A DNA stretch of 64,000 nt, from NCBI RefSeq assembly GCF_009914755.1, contig NC_060928.1; one strand, given 5' to 3'. The stretch's first letter is position 1. Each line of letters starts with the position of its first letter. The translations under genes were made by a program, and so were the position numbers. Below the pieces are notes generated by a model. That model saw nothing but the letters and a program-made list of their open reading frames with translations. It was not told where the DNA came from and searched no databases. Source of the DNA: the human T2T-CHM13v2.0 reference genome, Homo sapiens. This document shows, piece by piece, positions 42,024-58,298 of the stretch.

Positions 42024-42899
42024 GTGTAGGGAGAGTCTAAGATGACCCTGAATGACCTCTGTCTCCTAATATTTATGCCTTTATGTATTCCCCTCCAATC
42101 GAGTGTGGACAGAACCCAAAGATTCCCTTCCTAGGAATGGGATATGGCTATAATGATGGAATTCCATTTTCTGGAGTAGGTTACAGAAAGACTGTGGGTT
42201 CAATTTCTTTTTCTTTTTCTTTTTCAGAGATGAGGTTCTCTCTAGGTTGCCCAGGCTGGAGTGCAGCGGCTATTCGTAGGCACCATCCCACTACTGATCA
42301 ATACTGGAGTTTTGACCTGCTCTGTTTCCTACCTGGGGTGGTTAACCCCTTCTCAGGCAACCTGGTGATCCCAGCTCCCGAGAAGTCACCATATTGATGC
42401 TGAACTTTGTGCAAACACTGATCAGCATAGTGCACTACAGCCCAGAACTCCTGGACTCAAGTTATCCTACTGCCTTAGCCTCCAGAGTAGTTGGGACTAT
42501 AGGTATGCACCATTGCACACATCTGTAGGCTCCATTTTGCTCACTCATTTTCACTCACTCACTAGCTTGTTCTGAATGAAACTACCTGACAAGTTGTGAG
42601 ATTCTCTCTGGAGAGTCCTATGTGGCAAGAAGCTGAGGGAAGCCTGGAGCCAACAACCAGTAAGGAACTAAGGTCCTTTATTCAACAACTCACTAGGAAC
42701 TAAAGTGTGCCAACAGTTATATGAGTGGGCTTATTAACTTCCTCTCCTCAGTTGCAGCTTTGTGAGGAACTCTGACCTAGGGGTACCCAGCTAATCTGCA
42801 CCCAGGCTTGTAAGCCACAGAAACTATGAGATAAATGCTTGATGTTTACATTACTAAATTCTGGGGTCATTTGCTATGTAGCAATAGATAACTAATGCA
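42024..42899 (+). mobile_element. MLT1F-like LTR, split by a 7SL retrocopy
   Basis: tctaagatgaccc...tgtggcaagaagctgaggga...gcaatagataactaatgca. Confidence 0.75.
42207..42523 (-). pseudogene. Full-length processed 7SL (SRP RNA) pseudogene
   Basis: S-domain sequence (ggagttttgacctgctc, caggcaacctggtg, gtcaccatattgatgc) between Alu-domain ends; T-rich tail; TSD tgt(g/a)gg(t/c)tc(a/c)attt. Confidence 0.92.
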
Positions 42900-42945
42900 G
42901 ATTTTATTTAAATTTGGATTTGAATGCCATAGAGAAAGGCAAATA

Positions 42946-43364
42946 AGTTACCAGTGGAAGGTGTCCAGGATCTTGGCATTTTGAACAAAGAATTGGAAAA
43001 AATGCACAAACAAAGCAATGAAAGAATGAAGCAACAAAAGCAGAGATTTATTGAAAATAAAAGCACACGCCAGGTGGGAGCAGGCCTGAGCAAGTGGCTC
43101 AAGAGCCCGGTTACAGAATTTTCTGGGATTTTAATATCCTGTAGAGGTTTCCCATTGGTTACTTTGTATACGACCTATGCAAATGAGAGGATAAAGTGAG
43201 GTTACAAAGTAATTTACTTGATGTACACCCTATGCAAATGAAGAGGATGTTTTCTGCCATAGCTGAAGTTACAAAGTTATTTACTTGGTCATAGAAAGTT
43301 TTTTTTTTTTTCATTTGATTTACTTCTAGGTTTACTGCCCCCAAGACCCTATTTTCCTGCCTGA
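42946..43364 (-). mobile_element. MER51A-like ERV1 solo LTR
   Basis: gttaccagtggaaggtgtccagg..cttggcattttgaacaaagaattgg and the opposite end agaccctattttcctgcct. Confidence 0.8.
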
Positions 43365-44067
43365 ATAGAGAAGGTAAATATATTCATAATTTATGTATCT
43401 CCTGTTGTGGGACAACAATACACCCACAGTAAATATTTTAAAAAACACAATTATCCTATTGTTTTAATCTCATTTTTTAAAAAAAATCTCAATTAAAAAC
43501 AATTATCATATCCACAATAAATACAATGAAGTGAAAAAAATAGTGTCCTGTGATAGCAAATAACTGAGAAACTGAATTAACTATGAAATCAGGGAAGTTT
43601 CTCTTTGAATATCCTTTGTAATTCAAGAATTAAAAAAAGAAAGGAAGTAGCCACGTAAAGGTTAGAAACAGTGTTTCATATACAATAAATGATTATGCAT
43701 AAAAGCTAGAAGTGGGAATGAGCATAGTCTTCGAATATTAAAACAAAAACAAACAAAATATCCAAAGAGAATAATCAAAGATGAATCCTGATTTTTGTTT
43801 GAACACATTGGTAAATATTATCTCATTTATTTAAATATTATAAAGAAAAAATAAGTTTTAAAGCATAGAGACAATTAAAAGTCCAGCTTCGACCATAATA
43901 TATTTGATTCAAAACATTCAATTATAGATGTCAAATAGGAATTTCTTAAAGAGATCAAGTTCTTTTATTCATTAGTTAGTTAACAAATATTCACCCTGTG
44001 TGAAAGATGTGGCAGCTCACAAGAATTCTGAGAAACATGCATTAAAAAGCCAACAGCATATAGATGG

Positions 44068-44300
44068 TGTATCAATTAGATATTCTATCCCTGTAAGTAA
44101 CAAAATGCTTAACAAATAGTTGCTTAAATAGCAGGAGTTAATTTTTCTCACATAGCAAGTATTTTGAAGGTTAAAGGCTTGCTAACATTGGCTCAAGGAC
44201 TCAAAAATGTCAGGAATCTGTGTTTCTGGGCATTTGTTTGTTTATTTGTTTGCTTTTTGATCTCCTGCTCACAGTAGCAGGTTCACTTACTTTAGGAATC
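44068..44300 (-). mobile_element. Old MLT1 (J/K/L-like) LTR fragment
   Basis: tgtatcaattag...gtaagtaacaaaa...gcttaaata...tttttctcacatagcaag. Confidence 0.5.
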
Positions 44301-45150
44301 TCTAATCTTACACTTGTGCAATTCTTTGAAAGTAAAAAAATTGGTAAAAAATTTTTGATTTACTCTCATGTAACTACATTATCTCGGTTTTCCACAAAAA
44401 TATCATTCAATTCGTTATTGAAACATGGTTTATGATAGCTGGTATTAGTTCTGCTTTCTAGCTTCTTGGATCTGCAATTATGGTAAACATGTATTTTCCA
44501 TGAGATGGATATTCGACATTGGTCTACACTGAGCCTAGAACAAAGATCTGTAGCACTCTATAGAACTCTATTAGGATCATTAGCAGTAGCAATAATTGGT
44601 ATGTGGTGTGTGTGTGTGTGTCAGATTTTCAAATTAATTTTCATTGCAGAATTTGAAATCGAATCAAATTCATGATTCCAGAAAAATCTAAATCTTAATA
44701 AGGTTTTTACCAAACTTGATTTTAAAGGCGAGAATTCCATTAAAATGTATTTAAATATCATTCCAATGTAGAAATGTTATTATTTATAGGCAACATTTAT
44801 CTGAGTTCTGTTTTTCAAATTATCTATTGCCATTCAGTGGGGTTTTTTTTGTTTATTTTGTTCTCTTTTTCTATAAAACATATATTTTATAACAATTAAT
44901 TATTTTTAACCTATTTTCAGGGATGTCTTTCAATATCAGTTCATATTTCCTGCTTCTCTAGGCGTGGCATGAAATTCAAGAATATGAAATTTCCTGGCTC
45001 TGACATTCATTTATTCATTATGTGACCATTAAAAACTTATTATATATTCTCCACGTTAACAGATAGGGAATAATTATCCCATATTCAGATAATAATTTGG
45101 ATAATAAAACTACATACTACACAGTATTATTAGCAATAGCTAAAATTATT

Positions 45151-45300
45151 ATTATTTTTTTTTAAATTTTTTTTTTTATTATACTCTAAGTTTTAGGGTA
45201 CATGTGCACATTGTGCAGGTTAGTTACATATGTATACATGTGCCATGCTGGTGCGCTGCACCCACTAACGTGTCATCTAGCATTAGGTATATCTCCCAAT
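45151..45300 (-). mobile_element. Severely 5'-truncated L1HS (pre-Ta)
   Basis: Reverse complement reads gctagatgacACGttagtgggtgcagcgcaccagc and cttaGagtataa; perfect 16-bp TSD aatagctaaaattatt. Confidence 0.92.
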
Positions 45301-45316
45301 AATAGCTAAAATTATT

Positions 45317-45525
45317 TAAGGATTATTTATTTCAAGGCATCATTCTAAGCACTTTAGCTGTATTATTTCATCTTATCATCATAGCAACCCATAGAATAAG
45401 TGTACTGATAACCCCATTTAATAGATGAAAAATATTTAAATAATTTGCCCCGGATACACAGTTTATATGTGGTAGAACTGGAATTGAACCTGAAGCACAC
45501 TGCCCTGAGAGCTCACACATTTAAA
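45317..45525 (-). mobile_element. MIR
   Basis: aggcatcattctaagcacttt...ccccatttaatagatgaaaa...aatttgccc...gaactggaattgaacc. Confidence 0.75.
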
Positions 45526-46054
45526 CTCTAAATCTCAGTGGTTAAGTGAAGCTCATAGCAAGTATATTAAAAGAAGATATCAACCATTATCATGATTATG
45601 TTAATAAACTTTTACAATTTTGGTTATAGAAGTTGGATAACGTAATTCTACCTATGAATTCGGTAGGCAACCAATCAATTTATCTATACTGAAACCTCCT
45701 TGAATCTTTTGTGAATTGATGTAGGTTATCAATGGCCATTAATAAAAACAGCAATCAAACCAATACATAAAAAGCAGGTAAACTGAACGGCTTACTTTAT
45801 AATTCACACTATAATGTAGTCATTATGTGACAGTGTAATATTTGAAAATAAATTTAAATATATAAAATTGCCCATTTATAGATCTGTTCATTTTGACTCT
45901 CAAACATTTTTTATCAATACATGAGAAGGTTATTGAACAGACTGAACCTAGTATGTTCATAATAAAGTTTTATGTGTCTTCAGTCATCTCTCTCACCTTG
46001 CTTTTAAAACATGTAATTACATTTTAAGCAAACCCTATAGCTTTCAGGTCATTT

Positions 46055-46633
46055 TCAGTCCCCACTGGAACACTGCCTAGTGGAGCTGTGAGAAGAGGGC
46101 CACCATCCTCCAGAACTCAGAATTGTAGATCCACTGACAGCTCACACTGTGTGCCTGGAAAAGCCACAAGTTCACAACACCAGCTGTGAACACAGTCAGA
46201 AGGGCTGTACCCTGCAAAGCCAAGAGGATGGAGCAGCCCAAGATCATGGGAGCCCACCCCTTTCATCAGCATGCCCTGGGTGTGAGATGTGTCAAATGAG
46301 ACTATTTTGGAGCTTTAAGATGTAATGACTGCCCCACTGGATTTCAGACTTGCATGGGGTCTGTAGCCACTTTGTTTTGGCCAATTTCTCCCCTATGGAA
46401 TGGGAACATTTATCCAATGACTGTACCCCCATTGTGTCTTGGAAATAACTAACTGGAGTTTGATTTTACAGGCTCCTAGGCAGAAGAGACTTGCCTTATC
46501 TCAGATAAGACTTTGGACTTGGAATTTTGGGTTAATGCTGAAATGAGTTAAGACTTTGGGGGACTGTTGGGAAGGCATGCTTGATTTTGAAACATTAAAA
46601 GGATGTGAGATCTGAGAGGGGCCAAAGGTGAAA
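46055..46633 (+). mobile_element. THE1/MST internal 3' fragment ending in the polypurine tract
   Basis: ccccactggaacactgcctagtggagctgtgagaagagggccacc...gagttaagactttgggggactgttggg...gaggggccaaaggtgaaa. Confidence 0.88.
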
Positions 46634-47005
46634 TGATATGTTTTGGCTCTGTGTCTCCACCCAAATATTATCACAAATTGTAATCCCCATAATCCCCAGT
46701 GTCAAGGGAGGGACCTGGTGGGAGGTGATTTAATTGTGGGGGCAGTTTCCTCCATGCTTTTCTTGTGATAATGAGTGAGTTCTCACAGGATCTTATGGTT
46801 TTATAAGTGTTTGACAGTTCCTCCTTCACAGAATCTCTCTCCTTCTGCCTTGTGAAGAAGGTGCCTGCTTCTTCTTCTATCATGATTATAAGTTTCTCGA
46901 GGCCTCCCCAGCTACATGGAGCTGTAAGTCCATTAAAACTCTTTCCTTTATAAATTATCCAGTCTTGGGTAGTTCTTTATAGCAGTGTGAAAATGGACTA
47001 ATACA
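46634..47005 (+). mobile_element. THE1 (C/D-like) LTR
   Basis: tgatatgttttggctctgtg...gcagtgtgaaaatggactaataca. Confidence 0.9.
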
Positions 47006-49235
47006 CTGCATTTATATTTAAAAAGTTATAATAAGAGGTAAAAGCAATTATTTCTTTTTTTTTCTGTAATATAGCTCAGTATCTGTAGGAAGGCATATTC
47101 TTAAAGAGTATTGTTTAGATAGAAAGATAATTATTATTTAAAATGATTTGTTCATGTTAAAGAACATATTCACTTAATTAAAAAACATGCAAAAGGATTA
47201 TAAGCTACTAAAAGTTAAATATTATTGAAATTATCAGAAAACTAAATAAATATCAATTAACCATTGTTATTTTGGAAAAAAACATTATACTTTGTGGAAA
47301 AGTATAATGTTTAAATTAAATTATGAAAATTTAATTTCTATTTCAAGTCAGAATATAACGTATTTCACTCTATGCCTAATATATAGTTTCCTGTCCTTCA
47401 AATTATATTAATGCCATTCAAAGTCCAAAATAATTTCATACAGAACTAGCACATTTATGGGAGAATATAAAGTGGAAAAGTACTTTTTCTTTTATCTTTC
47501 TCTTATTCTTTAAAGAATATAAAGTAGAAAAGTACTTATTCTTTTATTTTTCAGATCATATGGAATTTCAAAAAGAAATATTTGTTGCAGTGGGATTTTC
47601 TAATTAGCATATTTGTGTTAGGTTTCTCATTCTTCTGAATTTTTAAGTCATTTAAGTTTTTATTTCAGAACAGCTTATTAACCTCCCAATGCCTGTTCTA
47701 CTCTTGTTACTGCAAAAGATGAGGGAAACAAAGTTCCAAAAGATCCATTGAGTTCTGATCTCCCTGCTGTTTTCTTTGTCATATTTTAATTTGTTTTCTC
47801 TCTGAGCTGCTTTTAATGGTTCTCTCTCTGTCTCTGTTTCTCTCTCTGGCTCTGACCTTGCTCTTTCTTCCTCCCAGAATTGAAATGTACATTTTTCCTA
47901 CCTCTGATTCAGCCTAAGAAGGACCCCAAGGAAGACACTTTCTCAGATTTGCAAATCTGTGGAACCAATTATCTGCTGTCATTTGCCAACTTTCAGTTAG
48001 AGATCAATTTTTTCTTTCTGTTAGTTTTCTCATATGGCACACAAAGTTTTGTTTCTTACCAAATAAATCAAATTTTGCATCAATACAGTCTTACATCTAA
48101 TGTAGTTCAATTCCTGTAAGGGTGAGTAGTCAATGTTACCGCTAAACACATCAACAGTTCTCTTTGCAGCATCCACCTTGACAACTATGATTCTCTCTCC
48201 TCTCTCCAACTATCATAAACTCTTCTTAACACGTTCTTGCTCACTCACCTGAATTCATTAGAGGATTAGTGTTCCCTTCCCAGACTTTTCAAGTGGGCAG
48301 ACGTTCAGCATCCACATTCATGATGTTATATTTCATGTTGTTTCTTTTGGTTTCTTAGTACATTAAAATAATAAAACAAAAATATTTTGAGTATGGGCCT
48401 CTAACACACATATTTAGATCTCAATTATCCAAGGTAATATCTTACATGAAAAAAGGGATATAGTTTACAAATGTACCCTAGCTTCTTGATTTAAAACTGC
48501 AATTAATTAACATTAGCCAGATTTTTGTTTCCTAAAGAGATGTGAAACAAGAATTAGCTGAATAATTAAGTTCCTCGGAATAATATTTATGAAATTTCAG
48601 GCTGGGCAAATGGTGTATTTTAAAACCTATTTTGGATATACCTCAAAATGCTACTGTTAGTATCTATAATTTGAAGTTAAAATGGTATTATAAATATTGG
48701 CTTTTGAGTCACTATGTAGAAATATGAAAACATAAATTAACTGGCAAGTGACTAATATTCAGAGATTGGAGGAGAGGGTATGTGCTGCCTGTAGCAGTCA
48801 ATAAAGGGAGAATAAATACAACCACTGTAATTCTTTTCTTAATGCTTTCCCACAAGGATGGAGATTGAGAATATTCAAATTTTAGAACAGAGACAGCTTT
48901 CTTCTCTAATTTGAGACTGATCAAACATACATACACTTGTCGAAGGTTTGTTTTTTACTTTAAGATAGTTTGGCTTTCCATATACTAGTCAATTTTTTGA
49001 AATCTCACAAGTCAATATGTAGTATAATGATCTCTTATGGATATAAAATAGTCATTTATGTGTGGAGTTCCTGAACCATTTTGTTAATGGCAATAAGGAT
49101 TAGGAATTTTACAATTTTGTGTATTGATCAAATAATTGATTCCACCAGCTTTGATTTATTTGATGTAAAAAGTTGAGAAGAGTTTGAGTTGCTTTTTTTT
49201 AAACTGGTGTCCTTGCTGAAAGAAATACACTTAGG

Positions 49236-50269
49236 ACAAAAGCCAAAATAGACAAATGGGATCTAATTAAACTGAAGAGCTTCTGCACAGCAAAAGAAAC
49301 TATCATCAGAGTGAACAGGCAACCTACAGAATGGGAGAACATTTTTGCAATCTATCCATCTGACAAAGGGCTAATATCCATGAACTGCAAAAAACTTAAA
49401 CAAATGTACAAGAAAAAAACAAATAACCCTATCAAAAAGTGGGCAAAGGATATGAACGAACACTTCTCAAAAGAAGATATTTATGCAGCCAACAGACATG
49501 AAAAAATGCTCATCATCACTGGTCATCAGAGAAATGCAAATCAAAACCACAATGAGATACCATCTCACACCAGTTAGAACGGTGATCATTAAAAAGTCAG
49601 GAAATAACAGATGCTAGAGAGGATGTGGAGAAATAGGAATGCTTTTACACTGTTGCTAGGAGTGTAAATTAGTTTAACCATTGGTTTAACCATTGTGCAA
49701 GACAGTGTGGTGATTCCTCAAGGATCTAGAACTCGAAATACCATTTGATCTAGCAATCCCATTACTGGGTATATACCCAAAGGATTATAAATCATGCTGC
49801 TATAAAGACACATGCACACATATGTTTATTGTAGCACTATTCACAATAGCAAAGACTTGGAACCAACCAAATGTCCATCAATGATAGACTGGATTAAGAA
49901 ATTGTGGCAAATATACACCATGGAATACTATGCAGCCATAAAAAAGATGAGTTCATGTCCTTTGCAGGGACATGGATGAAGCTGGAAACCATCATTATAA
50001 GCAAACTATCACAAGAACAGAACACCAAACATGTTCTCACTCATAGGTGGGAGTTAAACAATGAGAACACATGGACACAAGGCAGAGAACATCACACACC
50101 AGGGCTGGCTGGGGGGTTGGGGGCTGGGGGAGGGATTGCATTAGGGGAAATACCTAATGTAAATGACAAGTTGATGGGTGCAGCAAACCAACATGGCCAA
50201 TTTATACCTATGTAACAAACCTGCACGTTGTGCACATGTACCCTAGAACTTAAAGTATAAAAAAAAAAA
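49236..50269 (+). mobile_element. L1PA (about PA6-8) 3' fragment
   Basis: ORF2 C-terminal remnant, 3'UTR cctaatgtaaatgacaagttgatgggtgcagcaaacc, poly(A). Confidence 0.92.
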
Positions 50270-50276
50270 GAGTTCA

Positions 50277-50374
50277 GGCTGGGCACAGTGGCTCACGCCT
50301 GTAATCCCAGCACTTCTGGAGGCCCATGCCTCCCAAAGTGCTGGGATTACAGGAGGGAGCAACCTCGCCCGGCC
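50277..50374. repeat. Fold-back inverted repeat of two Alu 5' ends (47 bp + 4 bp spacer + 47 bp)
   Basis: Sense Alu 1-47, ccat, antisense Alu 47-1. Confidence 0.92.
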
Positions 50375-51139
50375 AGTAATCATTATTAAAAGAGGTTGTT
50401 TTTAATTAATCTTCTGGTCTTCCTTTTTGGTGCTAAAAAGCTAAAGTAGCATGGCTTTTTTATATCAATACTTTCAAATTTTATTTTATTGCTCAAAATT
50501 TCAATAGATATTTTTAGTTACAAAAAAAAAAAAAAAACAGAATAAGGCCTTGTTGTATTAGGAAAATAAGATTGCATTAAAGGACATAAGGTAGATTGTA
50601 GAATCTCTGGAATGACCAGAGAGTTGGGCTCCTAAATTATGCAGCCAGAATCCCCATAGGCATTTTTGGGGATGTTCTGGCAAGAACCCCACAGCTGCTA
50701 CTGTTGGGCACCTCACCTTAAAATACGCAGGCTCTTCATCTTGCACATACGAAGCTTGAGGCACAGCTGTCATTCATCCTGGTGGAGCATGGCAGCTCAT
50801 TCACAGCTGTCCGTATAAAGCTACTTTTCTATGTTATCATACTCTCAAAGCCAGGGGTTCCTCACCTATCCACTTACTCCTATCACATCACAGGTTATGC
50901 AGGTGCTTGCTTATGCTGAAGCTTTGAAGACGGCCTAGAAAACATTTTTTGGTGTTGTTTTCACTGTGATAAGTTGGGACACACATTTTAAGACATGATT
51001 TTAAGAATGAGAAGGATGTTCAAAGATGATCAGCCACACATGCCTGTGGTAGCTACTCCTTACAGCCCTAACATCACCGCACAACTTCTATCACATTTAA
51101 ACTTTCCATCATCAACAAAAATTGCATCACTAACAATAG

Positions 51140-51633
51140 GCAATATAGGAGAGGCAAATGTCTATCTCTACTTCTTTTTTTCAGCTGAGCCTGAGAATTA
51201 AATTGATATAAGACAGATTCCCAGAGAAAGGCATCCAAATGTATATAAGTTTTGAGTGACATAGGAACCCTCATAAGGAAGTGAAAGCCCAAAGAACTGA
51301 CAAAGTCTTAATGCTTTTATGCTAGATTGAACACAGAATATTTGAAAAAGTAACTAAATCATGTGGGAGGTCAAAGGAAGATAAGAATTATTTTAACAAG
51401 GTCTGTTTGTACAGGATTCTCTTGGCCGTGACTCCCCATCAAAAAATGTTTTATTTTGTCTTGGTAGAAGGGAGGTGTCTTTCACATGGGGGTTCTAATC
51501 TCCTGTTTTCAGAAAGAAAAGGAAATAATTCGAATTCCCTTGTTACATCTGCTGTTTTTTCAAGTGCCTTTAGCCCAAAATAATCCTCATGCAAGAGTGG
51601 CATATTTTGGGTGGCATATTCTGCCACTTTTCA
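51140..51633 (-). mobile_element. MER31/MER67-like ERV1 LTR
   Basis: tttagcccaaaataatcctcatgcaagagtggcatattttgggtggcatattctg; ttaacaaggtctgtttgtacag. Confidence 0.7.
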
Positions 51634-52267
51634 GTAACTTTCCTTTATTAAATGGTAAACCTCCCTCCACACACACCAAGCAGCACAAATCAATGTCTAA
51701 TCTCTGACTGTAATCACTTCTAGGTCTGACTTTGTTAGTTCTGCAGCAATCCTGTCATGGTATATATAATCCGTGGCTTACATAAAAACAAACAAACAAC
51801 AACAACAAAAAAAACACTACTCCATTTTATATAAAATGGTTGAACATGAGAGGGGAAAAAAAGTATAATTAAGTTAAATATATAAATAGCACAACGAGAG
51901 TGAAGGTTGAGAAGATACTACACTTCCTGTTTTTGTAACATGTTATGAAACCACACATAGATTTAATAACATCACAAGCCTTTCAATGTTTATCTCACTT
52001 ATCTAGCAGCTCCTCTATGATGCTTTACCTGTTGTGGAAACTGGATTTTTAGAATGCAAGTTTTTCAGCCCTGATGGCTCTTCCCGAAAGAAGTTGTTAA
52101 AGTAATCCATGTGCTTTAACCATTGGACATAACAATATTAATAAAACTCTGAGAGAAGCCCCTAACTTTTTGACTTATTTATCTGTGTGCTTAGATCTTA
52201 AAATCAAATCCCACAGTGATAATGATGTGAAAAATAGTTTTGCAAGAAGAGTAAAAAGAGTAATAGG

Positions 52268-52573
<306 letters not shown>

Positions 52574-53039
52574 AAAAAGAGTAATAGGGAGAGAGATACC
52601 ACTTTCACCTTTCACTTTAACTTCTTGGATTTTGGAATTACAATTTTTGACTATGGGAGGACTACCTTGTACACGGGCTGCTAGCTCAGTACACATAAGA
52701 CATGCCTCTCAACTTCACAAGATGTCCTTCAGCTGATGCACCCTTCAGTGAATCTTCATACTCTTCTATAGGGCCAGTTTCTGCCTGATAATGAGACCTG
52801 TCCAAAGTGAAGTGAGGCTCATAAAAATTAGCTCACTGCCTTACTATTCTGTGTGCAAAGGATGGTGAATATGCGAGCCGGAATTTCTTCAAATGGTAGA
52901 AAATATTGTTCTGCTTCCTATGGATATTGTCAGGATTAAGTAAAAGAACAAAAGAGTAAGCTGACTTTTGGCATCGGAGTGAGCTCTTTCTTGTTAGTGA
53001 GAAACCTGGTAGCCTCAATTTGATAAAAGTACGAAGAGC

Positions 53040-53113
53040 CACTAACAGTTATTGAGTACTTAATTTATGCTACAAACACTAACCGTTATTGAGTACTTAG
53101 TTTATGCTACAAA
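53040..53113. repeat. 37-bp tandem duplication at the end of a MIR
   Basis: cactaac(a/c)gttattgagtactta(a/g)tttatgctacaaa x2. Confidence 0.9.
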
Positions 53114-53290
53114 TTTTATGTGTTACTATATTTTATTCTAAAAAAATTGATTGATTAGATACAACTATGTTTCCCAATTTATAGAATATGAAACTGAGTC
53201 TGAGACAAGTAAAGTCATTTGCCCAAGGACCACCCACCTTAGTGAAAGGCAATGTTCTTTACTCCAGAGTTTACACCTTTAGTAGCAATG
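53114..53290 (-). mobile_element. MIR
   Basis: cccaatttatagaatatgaaactgag...aagtcatttgcccaaggaccac. Confidence 0.7.
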
Positions 53291-53450
53291 CACTTCTTAC
53301 TGACTGCATAGTAATCTAATATATATAAAGGCATTTGTTCACTCAGCTTAAGCAGCATATTCTGAAAATAATTTCTAATTCTTCATGGAAAATTTTATAA
53401 ATTTAATCTTTAGGTAATAATAAGTGTAGAGCTCTGGAAGGCAGCAGTAG

Positions 53451-53914
<464 letters not shown>

Positions 53915-54114
53915 TAGTGCATATCATTCATGTGGGTTGGGCCATAATGCAAGTCATTTGAAAACCTACATAATAAATAAAAACAGGTTAAAATATCAAA
54001 GCATTCCATAAAGATCCCCTCATAGAGTCAAAGGATCTAAGCAAAACGAACACTGTGCTAGTAAGTTCTAGAAAATAACTTATTAAACTAAGAGTTGAAA
54101 AGGAAAGACTGTAA

Positions 54115-54320
54115 GATGGACTGACTTGATCCTGATCCTGGCTCCACCATACTCCAGCTTTGTGAGTGTGAGCAAGCTACACAAACTCTCCATGCCCAAC
54201 TTTCCTCATGTGTTCAATGTAGATAATAATGCCACTCTCTTTCAGGGTTGATTGAAGATTAAGGGAATTAATACATTTAAAACACTTTCACATGTACTAT
54301 GTGTTTGCCGTTATTATGAA
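54115..54320 (+). mobile_element. MIR
   Basis: atcctggctccacca...gagcaag...tttcctcatgtgt...agggttgattgaagattaa. Confidence 0.75.
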
Positions 54321-55328
54321 CACAAATATTTTAGCCACTTAAGATTGCACTTTCTATGTGATGCATTATTTTATACCAAATTGTAAATGCATTTCAAAGC
54401 AAATTTACTTAAATATCAGGAAATGAGATGAAGGTGAGGCTCTAGGCAGTTTGGGAAAAGAGTAACTATGGTAGATGAACAGAACAGAAGGGTAAGATTC
54501 AGGATATGCGACTATGGTAAGAGAAAAAGGAATCTGATAGAGCTCTGTGATGCATGTAAATATGAACCTGAGTGAAAACCCTTTTTATGGCTTCATGTCA
54601 TGCTAATATTCATGTTGTGAGCTTCAGGCACTTTGTCAATGTGACCCAGTCTCTAAATCATTCTATTACCATGGCTATAGTCACAGGTTCTCCTGCTAAA
54701 ACTAAAAGTTTATGATAGCTTATCTCTGCCCTTTGCAGCACACTGTTAATGGGGTCAATTCCTCATGTCAGACAATACTTTCAGGTCTTTTTAAAAGGAT
54801 GTCAATCCATCTAAGTTTTATATCTGTGTAAGTCTACAAAAATTTATAACTCTTTTCCTCTTGTACTTTACAACTTTATAGCAACACTACAAAGAAATTA
54901 AATGACAGAGAGAGACAACTGAATTACAGGAAAACTGGAAGTTAAGGTTCAGCCTTTGTAAAAAAAAATCACTGCCAATGTTTAATTTATATTACTTCAC
55001 TCTGGCACAACATAATATGTAGATTATTATTTTATAGAAAAATAATTCTTAAATGTATTTTCCATTCAATTTAGTCTCATTGACTAAAAAGTCCCAAATA
55101 ACATCACTATAACAGGTGCATAACAGGAAAGACAAGATGACACAGCTAAGAGACTCTTATTTTTAAATTATCATCTATTTTCTACAGTTTCAGCGAGTAT
55201 AATTGGTAAGTGAGGGAAAACTTAACTGAATTAACTGTTCACTATTTACCTGCCTTTCATTGATTCTGACCTTAACATATTATTTTAATAAGAGGTTTTC
55301 TAGGAAAAGTGAGATAATTTTTTAAAAA

Positions 55329-58298
<2,970 letters not shown>

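Noticed and set aside
42207-42523. Functional 7SL RNA gene
   Set aside because: Has a retrotransposition tail and TSD, heavy CpG decay and a mutated 5' end
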